A model generated the notes under the pieces. The model saw nothing but the letters and a program-made list of their open reading frames with translations. It was not told where the DNA came from and did no database searches. Below are positions 49,469 to 59,988 of a DNA stretch of 64,000 nt, one piece after another. The stretch covers positions 14,435 through 78,434 of the forward strand of contig CANQZC010000001.1 of the NCBI GenBank assembly GCA_947628235.1, read 5' to 3'. Source of the stretch: an uncultured Bacilli bacterium (lineage in GTDB: Bacteria; Bacillota_I; Bacilli_A; RF39; UBA660). How positions within the stretch are numbered: position 1 is the first letter of the stretch; each line of letters begins with the position of its first letter. Both the position numbers and the translations under genes were made by a program.

Positions 49469-49798
49469 ATGAAATCAAAAAGAAGTAAAGCTACAGATAT
49501 CCCTAAAAAAGTGAAAGATAAAGTATGGGAAAGAGATCATCATAGATGCGTAGTATGTGGAAATGACTACAATGTTATGCCTAACGCACACATACTGTCC
49601 CGTGCTAAAGGTGGATTGGGAATTGAAACTAATATAGTAACAATGTGTACTAATCTAACCCCTAATAAATGTCATGAAAAATATGATAATGGTACGAAAG
49701 AACAGCACGATGCTATATTTAAAATTATAGAGAGATACATGAAATCTATCTATGGCAATGATTGGAATATAGATAATCAAAGATATAAAAAGTTTTGA
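49469..49798 (+). CDS. HNH endonuclease
   Basis: ERDHHRCVVCGN...NAHILSRAKGG...CH looks like an HNH/zinc-finger motif. Confidence 0.55.
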   Translation: MKSKRSKATDIPKKVKDKVWERDHHRCVVCGNDYNVMPNAHILSRAKGGLGIETNIVTMCTNLTPNKCHEKYDNGTKEQHDAIFKIIERYMKSIYGNDWNIDNQRYKKF

Positions 49799-49883
49799 TT
49801 AAAAACTTTTACAAATTTTCAAAAAGTCATTGACTGACTGACCGACTTATGGTAAAATTATAGACAGAAAGAAGGAAAAAAGT

Positions 49884-50114
49884 ATGAATAAAATTTTAGA
49901 TGAAAGACTAGAAGAACTTCTAAAAAATGATGACGGCAAAACCATCGCAGGTGCAAGGAGCATAGTTCTTGAACAAGCAAAAAAGGAAGGTTTGATTGAT
50001 GATTTCAAGGGATTGAAAGGCAACACCTTTAGAGAAACTCCAAAATATATTTGGGGAAGTTTCGCCGGATTTGATAACAGATATGCGTTAAAAATTGATG
50101 GCAAATGGTACTAG
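49884..50114 (+). CDS. hypothetical phage protein
   Basis: 76 aa ORF with RBS GAAGGAAAAAAG. Confidence 0.4.
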   Translation: MNKILDERLEELLKNDDGKTIAGARSIVLEQAKKEGLIDDFKGLKGNTFRETPKYIWGSFAGFDNRYALKIDGKWY

Positions 50115-50133
50115 GAAGAAAGAAGGAAACATT

Positions 50134-50568
50134 ATGAAAAATAAAGAATGGCTAAAAAAGATGCGTGCTAAATTCAATATTACTCAAAAACAGTTGAGTG
50201 ATGAATCTGGAGTTAATAAACTTACTATAGAGAATTTAGAACAAGGGAAAAGAAAAGGTTCCGAAGAGACTTGGAAATTAATAGAAGATTATTTTGAAAA
50301 AAGAGAAAAAGGAATTATTGATATTTCAATGGATTCCGAAGATTTAATTCAAGAGTTGCAGGAAGATATTGAAGAATTTGGAGAAGATCATCCATGTATT
50401 TTAGTTTATAAATACAAAAATGGAATCTTCTTATTTACAAATTACGATTTTATAACAGATGAAATGCCATTCAATCCAGATAAAGAATTGAGGGAAGGTG
50501 AGTATTATATCGAGACCACGTTTAAATATGCTTTAGAGGTTTTCGAAAAACAAAATAAAATAATTTAG
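50134..50568 (+). CDS. XRE-family HTH protein
   Basis: MKNKEWLKKMRAKFNITQKQLSDESGVNKLTIENLEQGKR. Confidence 0.6.
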   Translation: MKNKEWLKKMRAKFNITQKQLSDESGVNKLTIENLEQGKRKGSEETWKLIEDYFEKREKGIIDISMDSEDLIQELQEDIEEFGEDHPCILVYKYKNGIFLFTNYDFITDEMPFNPDKELREGEYYIETTFKYALEVFEKQNKII

Positions 50569-50572
50569 GGCA

Positions 50573-50610
50573 TAAAAAAAAAGACATAGCCGTCAGGCTA
50601 TGCCTTTTTT
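50573..50610. terminator. bidirectional terminator
   Basis: A10-CATAGCCgtcaGGCTATG-T6. Confidence 0.7.
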
Positions 50611-51272
50611 AATTTTCCTTGTTTTAACAAATTTAACATTTGAGTATTTTGACTAGAAGTTCCCTTGTAACCATTAATTCCATTAGCTTTCGCTATCTTC
50701 TCGCGATGAGAATAAGAACTATCTACTTTAATACTCTTAAGTCCATCTACAATAGAATTGCCTTTGTATGAACATTTCGGATAATAACTTGTTGTGTCAA
50801 CTTTAGGAGATGTTGTTGCTGGTTTATTTTCTTCTTTTTTTTCATCCACGTAGATTTTAGGTCTTAATACTCCTAAAATACCATCAGAACTAAAGTTGGC
50901 ATAAGTGAATTCGTGTTTTCCATTTTGATTTTGACCAAAACACTTTACTGTAGAACTATTTACCTTTGATATAAACATTGAAACATGACTCGCTGAACTA
51001 CACTTACTTCCTTTGTTCCATACAATCCAGTCTCCTTTTTTTGCCTCGGAATAAGGCTTTTGAATAAAATACTTGGATACTCCATTTGTTTTGAAGTTAG
51101 TCCACAATCCATAAGCCCAACCATTTCCACAGGTAAATTTACTTTCCCCGTAAATCATATTCACAAATTTTTTGATTCCATCAACGCATTGAATACCATA
51201 TGCACCATCAATGTCAAAACCTTTTCCCTCAACTTGTTTAATAAAGTCATCTGGACTAATATATTTTTCCAT
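50598..51272 (-). CDS. CHAP-domain endolysin with C-terminal cell-wall-binding domain
   Basis: Cys in GIQCVDG and His in SHVSMF. It lies immediately downstream of the holin. Confidence 0.65.
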   Translation of the reverse strand: MEKYISPDDFIKQVEGKGFDIDGAYGIQCVDGIKKFVNMIYGESKFTCGNGWAYGLWTNFKTNGVSKYFIQKPYSEAKKGDWIVWNKGSKCSSASHVSMFISKVNSSTVKCFGQNQNGKHEFTYANFSSDGILGVLRPKIYVDEKKEENKPATTSPKVDTTSYYPKCSYKGNSIVDGLKSIKVDSSYSHREKIAKANGINGYKGTSSQNTQMLNLLKQGKLKKA

Positions 51273-51281
51273 ATTATCACC

Positions 51282-51671
51282 TCACATATTCTCGTTTTTT
51301 AATTGTTCTAGTACATCAATTAATTTTTGTGGCAATGGCACTCCAATAGCACCTAAATTTTCGAGTATTGAAATACCGTCGTTTGCAACAAAAAAGTAAA
51401 TTACAAGATTTCTAATAACCCCATCAGTCCCAGTAATTTTATCGACTACTACTGATAACGCGACAACGAGTAAATATCCACACTTTTTGATAATTCCCCA
51501 GAGTCCCGTAGAACTATTGAGTTCTTTATGTTTTATCGCTTTTAAAACGCCACTGACGTAATCAATTACTAGTACAATAAGCAATACTTGGATGGCTAAA
51601 TCCCATCCTCCAAAAAAATAAGTGGAAGCAGTTATGATTCCACTCACAATTAAATTAATAAAATTTTTCAT
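51282..51671 (-). CDS. phage holin
   Basis: 129 aa, 3 TM segments, sequence typical of the phage_holin_4 / TcdE-like family. Confidence 0.7.
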   Translation of the reverse strand: MKNFINLIVSGIITASTYFFGGWDLAIQVLLIVLVIDYVSGVLKAIKHKELNSSTGLWGIIKKCGYLLVVALSVVVDKITGTDGVIRNLVIYFFVANDGISILENLGAIGVPLPQKLIDVLEQLKNENM

Positions 51672-51692
51672 TTTTTTCCCTCTTTTCTTTTT

Positions 51693-53864
51693 TTAATTAG
51701 TCCTTTTAAAATAAAATTTATTGCAGAAACTATCTAGCATTTTTTCATACAAAACTGAAACCTCTAAACCAAAGTAAGCATTATTAGCACTCATAGAAGT
51801 AGCAGTACCTTTAGGAACAACATCAATGGTTTGAAGAACTCCTTCTCGTGTTAATTGTCCCATAATAATTGCGTTACCAGCATCGCTGAAAATTGGAAAG
51901 ACTAGTGAACCTTCAAAGAGCTCTTCAACACCAATCTTGTCATAATTAAAAGTTCCTAACTGGATAGCAGAATCTGATATAGAAACTTTTGGAGTTAAAT
52001 TACTCAAATGAAGATTAACTGAATGTCCGGATAAATGAATGAATCCTGAAAGGTCAGCACTAGTATTAGTATTAGTTGTGTTAGCCGTAAACGCATCCTT
52101 TAAATTAACTACTTTTGAAGCAAATTCTTTATCGATTAATTCCCATGTTCCCCCAAAAATACTAGATGGATTCTCATTAGTCGTCATAATCGTGACTGAG
52201 CCAATTGGATGCTCATCGTCTAATAAGTTTAATTTTAAATGATTTCCATTGAAGTCAAGTAATTCAGCACGCTCATTAATGTCACTATCTTTTTCTTTCT
52301 TATAACTTGGAACCAATTCATCGTTATTACATAACATTCCATTTACATTTGCATACCCATCACAAAGGGCGAATGTGTACATTGATACCGTAGCAGAAGT
52401 CTTCTGCTTATCCTCTTTTTTTGCTTCGTCAGTAACCTTGAACTCAACCTCAATAGACGCGGTTGTTGGCACAGGATCAGGAATATTTCCGCTAAAGCTA
52501 AACTTGTTACCACTAAAAGTAGGATTAATTGGCTTAATTGGTACCCATTGTGAAGAAGTACTCAATTTATAACTAATCTCTAATGTAATAGAATTTGTTT
52601 TAGATCCAAATGATTGATTCCAATATGTTCCCTCAACAGAAAATTTTACGGAAGTAGATAATGGTTCATAATTTCCAGATGAACCAACTCTTTGGACTGT
52701 CATTTTTGTAATTTTTGGAGTTACATAGTCAATCAACGAATACTTTTTTTCGTAAACAAAGTTCCCAATGTCACCCAATGCATAAAATTTGGTTATCGAA
52801 GAAAACCCTCTATCATCCTCACAGCTAACATCAAAAAGGTCTTCGCTAGCCGGATTTGGAAATGTATAACTATTTGTTGTTTTTTCAACAGATTCTTGAG
52901 ATGATGCACTTCCGAAGAAATATTTAGTTATTTTTGAATTCAAAGAATTTATCGTTTCAGCAACTTTAGCGGTTACGGTAGATACACCTTTAATAAATAC
53001 ATCTGGCTTTCCTGTTAAATCTTGTGAAAATTTTTCTGCCTCTAGTGAAAAAGTAGGTGCTTTACCAAAACCGGTAATACTGAATTTACAAGAAATAGTA
53101 CTGGTGCCAATAACACTACCATTCTCGTCGAGTGTTGTTAAGGTAAATTTCATAACAGAAGGATTCCTTGCTGCAATTGATCCAACATTGTTACCAGGAA
53201 TAGTAAATTTATTTTTAAAATCCGAACTATTCCATTTCGTTGAATCAAGGAAAATAACTAGGTAAGATGTAGATTCTTTAACTAATTTTTCCCCTTTAAA
53301 AATTTCAATTGGCTCTCCACTATCAAGATTAACCGTTAAATTGTGAGAATAATTTTCATCGCGAATATTTAACGCGATTTTAAAAAATTCTGGCACAGCT
53401 CCATAATAATCTTCATCTCTTGTCTCACTATACGAAGTCATCATGGTTGCTTTAGATAAAGGAGTTAATGCTGTGTTATTAGTTGATATGCTTGTACTGT
53501 TTGGCCCGTACCCGTTGTCGGTATAAGTGCATTTTGCATAGCCACTTAATGTTCCATCGTCTTTATGGGCGATTGTTTTCGTTGCACTAACAGAAACTGT
53601 TGCATTAGCAGATAATGATTTAAATGATTTAGAAGTTATTAAGGTATCTTTATTGCTCTTGTTATCATGCCAATAAATTTTAATAGATGCAGACGATGAA
53701 CCACTAAAATTTCCACCATTTGACGATAAACTCGCCTCAAATTTTAATGTTGATGAATAGGTACTATAATCAACCTTTGTTTCTTCAAAATTCACTGATA
53801 GCGAAAAACTTCCACCGTATTTACCTGTAATATTTTTTGATGCACCACTAGCGATATTTGCCAT
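51693..53864 (-). CDS. phage tail fibre / receptor-binding protein
   Basis: 723 aa, Ser/Thr/Asn-rich, located between the tail tip gene and the holin. Confidence 0.5.
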   Translation of the reverse strand: MANIASGASKNITGKYGGSFSLSVNFEETKVDYSTYSSTLKFEASLSSNGGNFSGSSSASIKIYWHDNKSNKDTLITSKSFKSLSANATVSVSATKTIAHKDDGTLSGYAKCTYTDNGYGPNSTSISTNNTALTPLSKATMMTSYSETRDEDYYGAVPEFFKIALNIRDENYSHNLTVNLDSGEPIEIFKGEKLVKESTSYLVIFLDSTKWNSSDFKNKFTIPGNNVGSIAARNPSVMKFTLTTLDENGSVIGTSTISCKFSITGFGKAPTFSLEAEKFSQDLTGKPDVFIKGVSTVTAKVAETINSLNSKITKYFFGSASSQESVEKTTNSYTFPNPASEDLFDVSCEDDRGFSSITKFYALGDIGNFVYEKKYSLIDYVTPKITKMTVQRVGSSGNYEPLSTSVKFSVEGTYWNQSFGSKTNSITLEISYKLSTSSQWVPIKPINPTFSGNKFSFSGNIPDPVPTTASIEVEFKVTDEAKKEDKQKTSATVSMYTFALCDGYANVNGMLCNNDELVPSYKKEKDSDINERAELLDFNGNHLKLNLLDDEHPIGSVTIMTTNENPSSIFGGTWELIDKEFASKVVNLKDAFTANTTNTNTSADLSGFIHLSGHSVNLHLSNLTPKVSISDSAIQLGTFNYDKIGVEELFEGSLVFPIFSDAGNAIIMGQLTREGVLQTIDVVPKGTATSMSANNAYFGLEVSVLYEKMLDSFCNKFYFKRTN

Positions 53865-53865
53865 A

Positions 53866-56370
53866 TTAATCCTCCTCCAAATCTTCCAAAGTTTCGATTA
53901 AGTCGCTGATTGCGTAGAATGCCCATCCAGGTTTTGAGCCTGTAAAATGTTTAGACTTAATATCTTCTGGATTGATTTTGATATGTTGCATTTGAAAAGA
54001 TTCTGTTACAATCGCCTTTCGGAAGCCAGATCCGTTTTTGTTGTAAATGGCTTCTAATTTATCTTTGCTGTAAATACGAGTACCTTTGTTATCAAATAAT
54101 GAATGGTTATCACTTTCATTTGTTCCAATTTCCATTCCCTTAGTGCTAAAATTAACTTTTAATTGTTCATAAGTTTTATTTAACGCATCACAATCTTTTC
54201 TTAAACCGTCAGCACTTTCTTTTAATTTTTCAATTTCTTCACTAGTTCCTGCCAAGTCATCTAATTTTTCATTAGCTTTGGTAAATTCAAGAGTAAATTC
54301 AGCAGATGTCTGTTCAACCCTAGAAACCCGTTCTTCTAATTCGTTCCCTGTTTCGATGCTTTCTTCTACAGTAGCAGTTATGTTATCTAGTCCAAGTTCC
54401 AAGTTAGTTACATTGGTCTTAACCTCTTCTACAATTTCATTAACCACGATAGCCGTATCTACCCACTTATAATCGTCAAAGTTATCACTATCGTTAGGGT
54501 TATTATCAGAATAAGTTCCTTGCCACCTCGCTGGGGTCTTTCCGTTGTCTTCGCTAAAAGTTTCTCCGTCTTTTGACCACTTAATGTGAATGTAACTGCT
54601 TGTCCCATCTTTACCTGGAGTTCCGTTCGTACCAGGTATACCATCGTTTCCCTTGATTTTTGACCATTTATAAGCTGATGGGCTTGTTGGTGCAGTTGCA
54701 GAAGTTGTAATTGCAATTCCGATATAAACGGCATTAGTTGCTTCTGTAGTCATGCCATCACCATTAGCGTTTTGACTATATCGGATGTGGGTATAACTGC
54801 TTGTTCCATTCTTTCCGTTTTCTCCATCTTTTCCTGGAGCACCATCGTCTCCCTTATCGCCTTTCAAACCATCTTTTCCAGGAGTTCCTGCAAGTGCTAG
54901 GGAAACAGTTAATTTCTTGTTAGATGTGTATTTTGTGTTTCCATCCATGTACAAAATTTCAACGGAATAATCGTTATTTGTGTTAGCGATTACGGTACTT
55001 GAATCCACATCAATTACTATCTTTCCAGTTTCGACTTTAGCGATAATTCCTTCGTTGTTTCCAATGATACTAACGGATGGGCTTACCAATTCTCCTTTAA
55101 AATAAGATTCAACTACTATCTCGTAATTTTTAGTTTCTAATGGTTTTTTGGTTGAGTCAGTAGAAATAATCAAGCTCTCTTGAGATAGGTACGCATTAAA
55201 TAGGCTTACTGATTTTTCAAGTTCGTTTACTGATTTTGTATTTTTTTCTATACTCTCAGCATGCGCCTGAATTTGTTTATTAATGTGATCAACGCTTAAT
55301 TTGATATCGTTATAGTTTGATTTGTTACTACCCGCCAAAGTATAGTCTGTTTTATTTTCTGTTTGCGTTGCTGCAGAAACTTTAGATTTTATCCTGCTTG
55401 TTGACTCATAACTTAAAAGAATCGTCTTGAATGTATTTCCATTTTTATCAACAATCGTAATTTCGTCATTTAAGTCAAATAAAAATCCATCTACGAAATC
55501 TTCTAGTTCGAATGGGATGATGGACTTTCCAATAAAATTGGTTGAAAGTTCTTCAATCATTTCTTGCCGATATAGATCTACAAATGGATTATCAAAAATT
55601 TTCCACTCTTTTCTTTCAGAACTGATAGTTTCTGGATAAACGATATCGTCATCCATCCCCTCTTTTCCTAAAACAAGGGTATTAATTATAAATTCTTTTT
55701 CTTTGGTTAAATTGGTATATCTTTTTCGAGGAATAATTTGATTAGTAGAAACAGAAGTCCTAATCGCTAACTTGCCTTCCCTATTTAAAAAGGCAATACT
55801 ACCAGCGATTTCAGCGAATGAACTTACGACTTGTCGATTAGTAATGGATTCATTAAAATTTGGTTGCTTAAAACTATAATCCGCTAAATTAAATGCTGTA
55901 CTTTCCAATTCAACTCCTAATTTATCACACATTTCTTGTATAATTTCTAATCCAGTATGCTCAACGCTCCAATCCAAAGAAGACTCATATTTAGAATCAA
56001 AAAGTTGTGTCTTATCCTGGATATCTTTGAAAGAAACTGTCTTTTTGCTTATGTTGGTTGTTATTTTATCTTCTGTAGCAATAAAAATTCCTTGTGGAAC
56101 CCATTCTATTTCTTCATCAATAACAAGTCCTCTATAAACTGCAATCTCTTTGTTAACAAAATCGAGTTCATTATTCAAATCATAAATTTCGAAGCTACAT
56201 GTCTTAGTTGGGAATCCGCCAAACATTGAATCATTTTGATGATTAAATTTTGGGGTTTCTTTAATAAATTTGCCATCATAAGTAACTCCATCAACTATAA
56301 TTTTTGATTTTGGAGAAAGACCAAAAGAATTCTCTAAAAAATCCTTATATTTTTCACTTACCTTATACAT
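53866..56370 (-). CDS. phage tail-associated protein with collagen-like G-x-y repeats
   Basis: GTPGKDGLKGDKGDDGAPGKDGENGKNG and a second block GIPGTNGTPGKDG. Total 834 aa. Confidence 0.55.
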   Translation of the reverse strand: MYKVSEKYKDFLENSFGLSPKSKIIVDGVTYDGKFIKETPKFNHQNDSMFGGFPTKTCSFEIYDLNNELDFVNKEIAVYRGLVIDEEIEWVPQGIFIATEDKITTNISKKTVSFKDIQDKTQLFDSKYESSLDWSVEHTGLEIIQEMCDKLGVELESTAFNLADYSFKQPNFNESITNRQVVSSFAEIAGSIAFLNREGKLAIRTSVSTNQIIPRKRYTNLTKEKEFIINTLVLGKEGMDDDIVYPETISSERKEWKIFDNPFVDLYRQEMIEELSTNFIGKSIIPFELEDFVDGFLFDLNDEITIVDKNGNTFKTILLSYESTSRIKSKVSAATQTENKTDYTLAGSNKSNYNDIKLSVDHINKQIQAHAESIEKNTKSVNELEKSVSLFNAYLSQESLIISTDSTKKPLETKNYEIVVESYFKGELVSPSVSIIGNNEGIIAKVETGKIVIDVDSSTVIANTNNDYSVEILYMDGNTKYTSNKKLTVSLALAGTPGKDGLKGDKGDDGAPGKDGENGKNGTSSYTHIRYSQNANGDGMTTEATNAVYIGIAITTSATAPTSPSAYKWSKIKGNDGIPGTNGTPGKDGTSSYIHIKWSKDGETFSEDNGKTPARWQGTYSDNNPNDSDNFDDYKWVDTAIVVNEIVEEVKTNVTNLELGLDNITATVEESIETGNELEERVSRVEQTSAEFTLEFTKANEKLDDLAGTSEEIEKLKESADGLRKDCDALNKTYEQLKVNFSTKGMEIGTNESDNHSLFDNKGTRIYSKDKLEAIYNKNGSGFRKAIVTESFQMQHIKINPEDIKSKHFTGSKPGWAFYAISDLIETLEDLEED

Positions 56371-56375
56371 TTAAA

Positions 56376-56753
56376 TCACCCAAGATCATCTGTATCCATT
56401 TGAATGAACCTAATTTGGAAAGGCTCGCAAGTTCTTTGGTCTCCTATTTTTTTTAATTTCACAGCATCTCCAACTATATACATATTTTTTTTGATAAAAT
56501 TCATTTCTTTTAAATCATAATATTTTAAAGTGCAACTTGTCTTTTCAAGCAATTTTAAAATATTAGAAATTTCTTTTTCTCCTCTAAAATCAATAAAATC
56601 GTAAGAAACTTTATTAGTAAGTCCAATAACATCTCTATACATTGTTCCGTCTTCGCTTCTTCCAGAATTGTCTCCATCGAGTTGAGCATATTCCCAACTA
56701 ATTCCATCCGCTGAGAATATGATTCCGTCAACTTCAAAATCACTATCCTTCAT
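56376..56753 (-). CDS. putative distal tail protein (Dit-like)
   Basis: Assigned by position after the TMP. Start at MKDSDF with RBS AAAGGAG. Confidence 0.35.
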   Translation of the reverse strand: MKDSDFEVDGIIFSADGISWEYAQLDGDNSGRSEDGTMYRDVIGLTNKVSYDFIDFRGEKEISNILKLLEKTSCTLKYYDLKEMNFIKKNMYIVGDAVKLKKIGDQRTCEPFQIRFIQMDTDDLG

Positions 56754-56789
56754 ATTTTTCACTCCTTTCATAGAAAAAAAGAAATATTG

Positions 56790-59030
56790 CTAAACTAATA
56801 GCAATATTTCTCCTGCTTCTATCTCGGCTTGATTAATCTTTTTAATAATCTTTCTACCATCTTCATATTTAACATTAATTGTAAATTCAAATTCTTGCTT
56901 TCCTGTGCCACCGTTATCTTTAATTGCCTTATCAACCTGATCATAAATTTTGCTCTCTGGAGTCACGATTTCTCCTTCACGTGTGTTATCTCCAATTATT
57001 GCTAATCTTGGATTGTTGCGTTCAACATATCCACCTCTGTATAATTCAGGTATTTCAGGAATATCAAATTTTTTTATCCAACTGAATGGTTTGATTCCAA
57101 CAATTTCTATTGATTTAATTTTTGACAAAACACCATTAATTGCGTTAAAAGGAACCGCAATTACCTTGTTAATTCCGCCAATAATCTTGTTAACAATTCC
57201 TGTAAAGACTTTGGCAATTCCATCTTTAATTCCATCAAAAATTTTTCCTCCAACAGAAAAGACTTTTTTTACACCTTCCCATGCATTTGAGAAAATATTT
57301 TTAAAGAAGCTTGCAACGCTACCGAAAACATTCTTGATTCCTTCCCATGCATTCGAAGCACCATTTTTAAGCCCATCCCACATGCCTGAAAAGAAATTTT
57401 TTACTGGCTGAATAATGTTTTCGTCAAACCAAGTAGCTACTTTATCCCATACTCCTTTTATCCAGTCCCAACATTTTGATGCTGCCTCTTTAACATCATC
57501 CCAATGTTTTACCAATAATGTGATAACTGCTATTAATGCCACTATTGCTGCAACAACCAATGTAATTGGACTAGTTAATACAGCCATAATTCCACTAAAA
57601 ATACCAGTTACAGTATTGCATACTGCCATTGCGACATTATAAACACCTATCGCTGTTGCAATTATACCTATAGCTATTCCAATATTTTCTAGGATAGCTA
57701 CACAATCTTCATTTTCTCCAATCCAACTTAATGCATCTCCTATTGCTTGTAAAGTTGTATCAATAACACTACCTGTAAACTCTGCTATAGGCGATATAAA
57801 ATTATTCCATAACCAATCTCCAAATGCTTGAAATCCAGAAATAATTGGAGTTAAGATGGACAAAGCGCCTCCTAGTATATTAAGAAAATCAGGCAAAGCA
57901 GTTCCTATCGTCCATGATGCTAGTGGTGCAAGTATGTTTTTATAAAAATCTAGCAGTCCTTTACCTATTGTTTTTGCAAATGGTTCTAACGCTTTCCATA
58001 AATCATCAAATGATTTATTTATCGCTTTAAAATCTATATTGTCAATTTCTTCGGCTGTAGTATTTAAAAAATCAGGCAAAGCAGTTCCTATCGTCCATGA
58101 TGCTAGTGGTGCAAGTATGTTTTTATAAAAATCTAGCAGTCCTTTACCTATTGTTTTTGCAAATGGTTCTAACGCTTTCCATAAATCATCAAATGATTTA
58201 TTTATCGCTTTAAAATCTATATTGTCAATTTCTTCGGCTGTAGTATTTAAAAAATCAGGCAAAGCAGTTCCTATCGTCCATGATGCTAGTGGTACTAATA
58301 AATCAAAATAGAAGTCACTCAATCCTTGTCCTATCGCTTGTCCAAACGGTTGTAATGAATCCCATAAATTGCTAAATGCGTTTATCAAATTATCAAAATT
58401 AATATTTTGCAATGGTTCAATAAACTTTTTAATTTTATCAACCGTCGCTTGCACAGCACTACTAACCACACTATCTTCTGGAGTTTTAGGAACAATTGAT
58501 ACTGAGGCGTTTCCTCCGGATTCATTATTAGTGTTGCTATCACTATTTTTTGAAGTATTTAAAGTATTAATTTCATCCATTGGAGCAAATGCTTTAGTTA
58601 TTTTTTTTGCTGCTTTAGTCGCTTCCTTTGCTGCATTTTTGGAATTATCTCCAATATCAGCAATATTAGAACTTGCTTTTGATACAACTTTTGGCATTTC
58701 TAGTCCAAATAATTTTAAAATATCTTGCATTTGTGTGAAAAAGTTTGTAAGTGCAGAAATTGCACTATTAATTACAGGTATGAATAATTGTGCAATTGGC
58801 GTAACTACACTTCCAACTGCTACCATCAATTGATTAAAATTAAATTTTAATTGCTGAATTTGACCATCAAATGTTTTTGTGTAAGCTGTTGCATCACCAA
58901 CTTGAAACTTAGTTTCTTGCATGATACCGTTATACTCAGCCTCAATTTTTTGAGCTTGTGTCATTGCTGAGGTAGTTGTATCATGGGCTTTGGCATAATC
59001 TTCCCACATTTTCGCAACATTTTTTGTAAC
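56790..59030 (-). CDS. tail tape measure protein, downstream exon/fragment
   Basis: Open frame with no RBS or start at its 5' end. It contains a tandem 61-aa repeat and a C-terminal TMP-like region. Confidence 0.6.
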   Translation of the reverse strand, partial: VTKNVAKMWEDYAKAHDTTTSAMTQAQKIEAEYNGIMQETKFQVGDATAYTKTFDGQIQQLKFNFNQLMVAVGSVVTPIAQLFIPVINSAISALTNFFTQMQDILKLFGLEMPKVVSKASSNIADIGDNSKNAAKEATKAAKKITKAFAPMDEINTLNTSKNSDSNTNNESGGNASVSIVPKTPEDSVVSSAVQATVDKIKKFIEPLQNINFDNLINAFSNLWDSLQPFGQAIGQGLSDFYFDLLVPLASWTIGTALPDFLNTTAEEIDNIDFKAINKSFDDLWKALEPFAKTIGKGLLDFYKNILAPLASWTIGTALPDFLNTTAEEIDNIDFKAINKSFDDLWKALEPFAKTIGKGLLDFYKNILAPLASWTIGTALPDFLNILGGALSILTPIISGFQAFGDWLWNNFISPIAEFTGSVIDTTLQAIGDALSWIGENEDCVAILENIGIAIGIIATAIGVYNVAMAVCNTVTGIFSGIMAVLTSPITLVVAAIVALIAVITLLVKHWDDVKEAASKCWDWIKGVWDKVATWFDENIIQPVKNFFSGMWDGLKNGASNAWEGIKNVFGSVASFFKNIFSNAWEGVKKVFSVGGKIFDGIKDGIAKVFTGIVNKIIGGINKVIAVPFNAINGVLSKIKSIEIVGIKPFSWIKKFDIPEIPELYRGGYVERNNPRLAIIGDNTREGEIVTPESKIYDQVDKAIKDNGGTGKQEFEFTINVKYEDGRKIIKKINQAEIEAGEILLLV
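57888..58300. repeat. 183-nt tandem repeat (~2.2 copies) inside TMP gene
   Basis: Exact copies start at 57888, 58071 and 58254. Confidence 0.85.
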
Positions 59031-59988
59031 ACCAGCATTATCACATTTTGTTGCTTTTTATATTTTCATATAAAAAGGCATAGTCATTTCTGCTATGCTC
59101 TCATATTTCTTTTTTAGATTATAGTATGAGTTCGGACTGTATATCAAACTTATTATTTTTTAGAATGTTCTTTTGCATGGCATTTAGAACATAAAGTTAA
59201 ACCATTATCTACATCAAATGTTAATTCGGGATAATGTACTACATCTTTTTTATGATGTGCATGTAATAAATCCGTTTTATTTCCACATTTTTGGCAAGTA
59301 TAATTATCTCTTTTTAATACTTGTTCTCTCCAATTTTTGTATTCTCTTTTTGCCATCATAGAAGATTTCCAATTAGTTTTGCCACCATGCCAGTTATAAT
59401 GTTTATATCCTAACATCATTTGTGATTGCCAATCATTTCTACATTCTTTTGAACAAAACCTTACTTTGTTTCTAGTAGAATAATAAGATTTAAATAATTT
59501 TCCACATTGTTCACAACTTACTTCTACTTGTGAATATCTAGGACTATTTTCTCCTGATACTTCCTTAGAATGTAATTTATAATATTCTATCTGACAATTT
59601 CTATTACAAAAATTTTTATTCCATTTATCTATATGTTGTTTTTCTTTTAGGGTTTCTTTACCACAGTAATCACATATAGTTTTTACTTTAGTTCTATTAC
59701 CATTTTTATAATTGCAAGCATTTTCACCAACTAAATATTTACTTCTATATTCGTATGTACATTCACGACTACAAAAATTTTGCTTACTTTTTCTTGCATT
59801 ATATTCTTTATTACAATTCTTACATATTTTAAGCATTTTATGATCACCTATTAATATTTTACTATATAGGACTATAAAATGCAAATGCTATTTATTAAAT
59901 AATAAGTTCCCCTTGTCAGTCTCTAGCACGCATTAATTAATTGGCGTGTCGGTCTTGTCCATCTCTGGGTTTTAACCGATATTCGGGT
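59031..59988 (-). mobile_element. putative group I intron (or split-gene HEG insert) carrying HNH homing endonuclease, interrupting TMP
   Basis: A GC-richer hairpin-rich segment lies at 59890-60000. The downstream TMP segment lacks an RBS. HNH ORF inside. Boundaries are approximate. Confidence 0.45.
59153..59836 (-). CDS. HNH homing endonuclease with multiple zinc-ribbon repeats
   Basis: Five CxxC...C pairs. C-terminal HNH region CQKCGNKTDLLHAHHKKDV...NGLTLCSKCHAKEH. RBS AGGTGA. Confidence 0.7.
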   Translation of the reverse strand: MLKICKNCNKEYNARKSKQNFCSRECTYEYRSKYLVGENACNYKNGNRTKVKTICDYCGKETLKEKQHIDKWNKNFCNRNCQIEYYKLHSKEVSGENSPRYSQVEVSCEQCGKLFKSYYSTRNKVRFCSKECRNDWQSQMMLGYKHYNWHGGKTNWKSSMMAKREYKNWREQVLKRDNYTCQKCGNKTDLLHAHHKKDVVHYPELTFDVDNGLTLCSKCHAKEHSKK

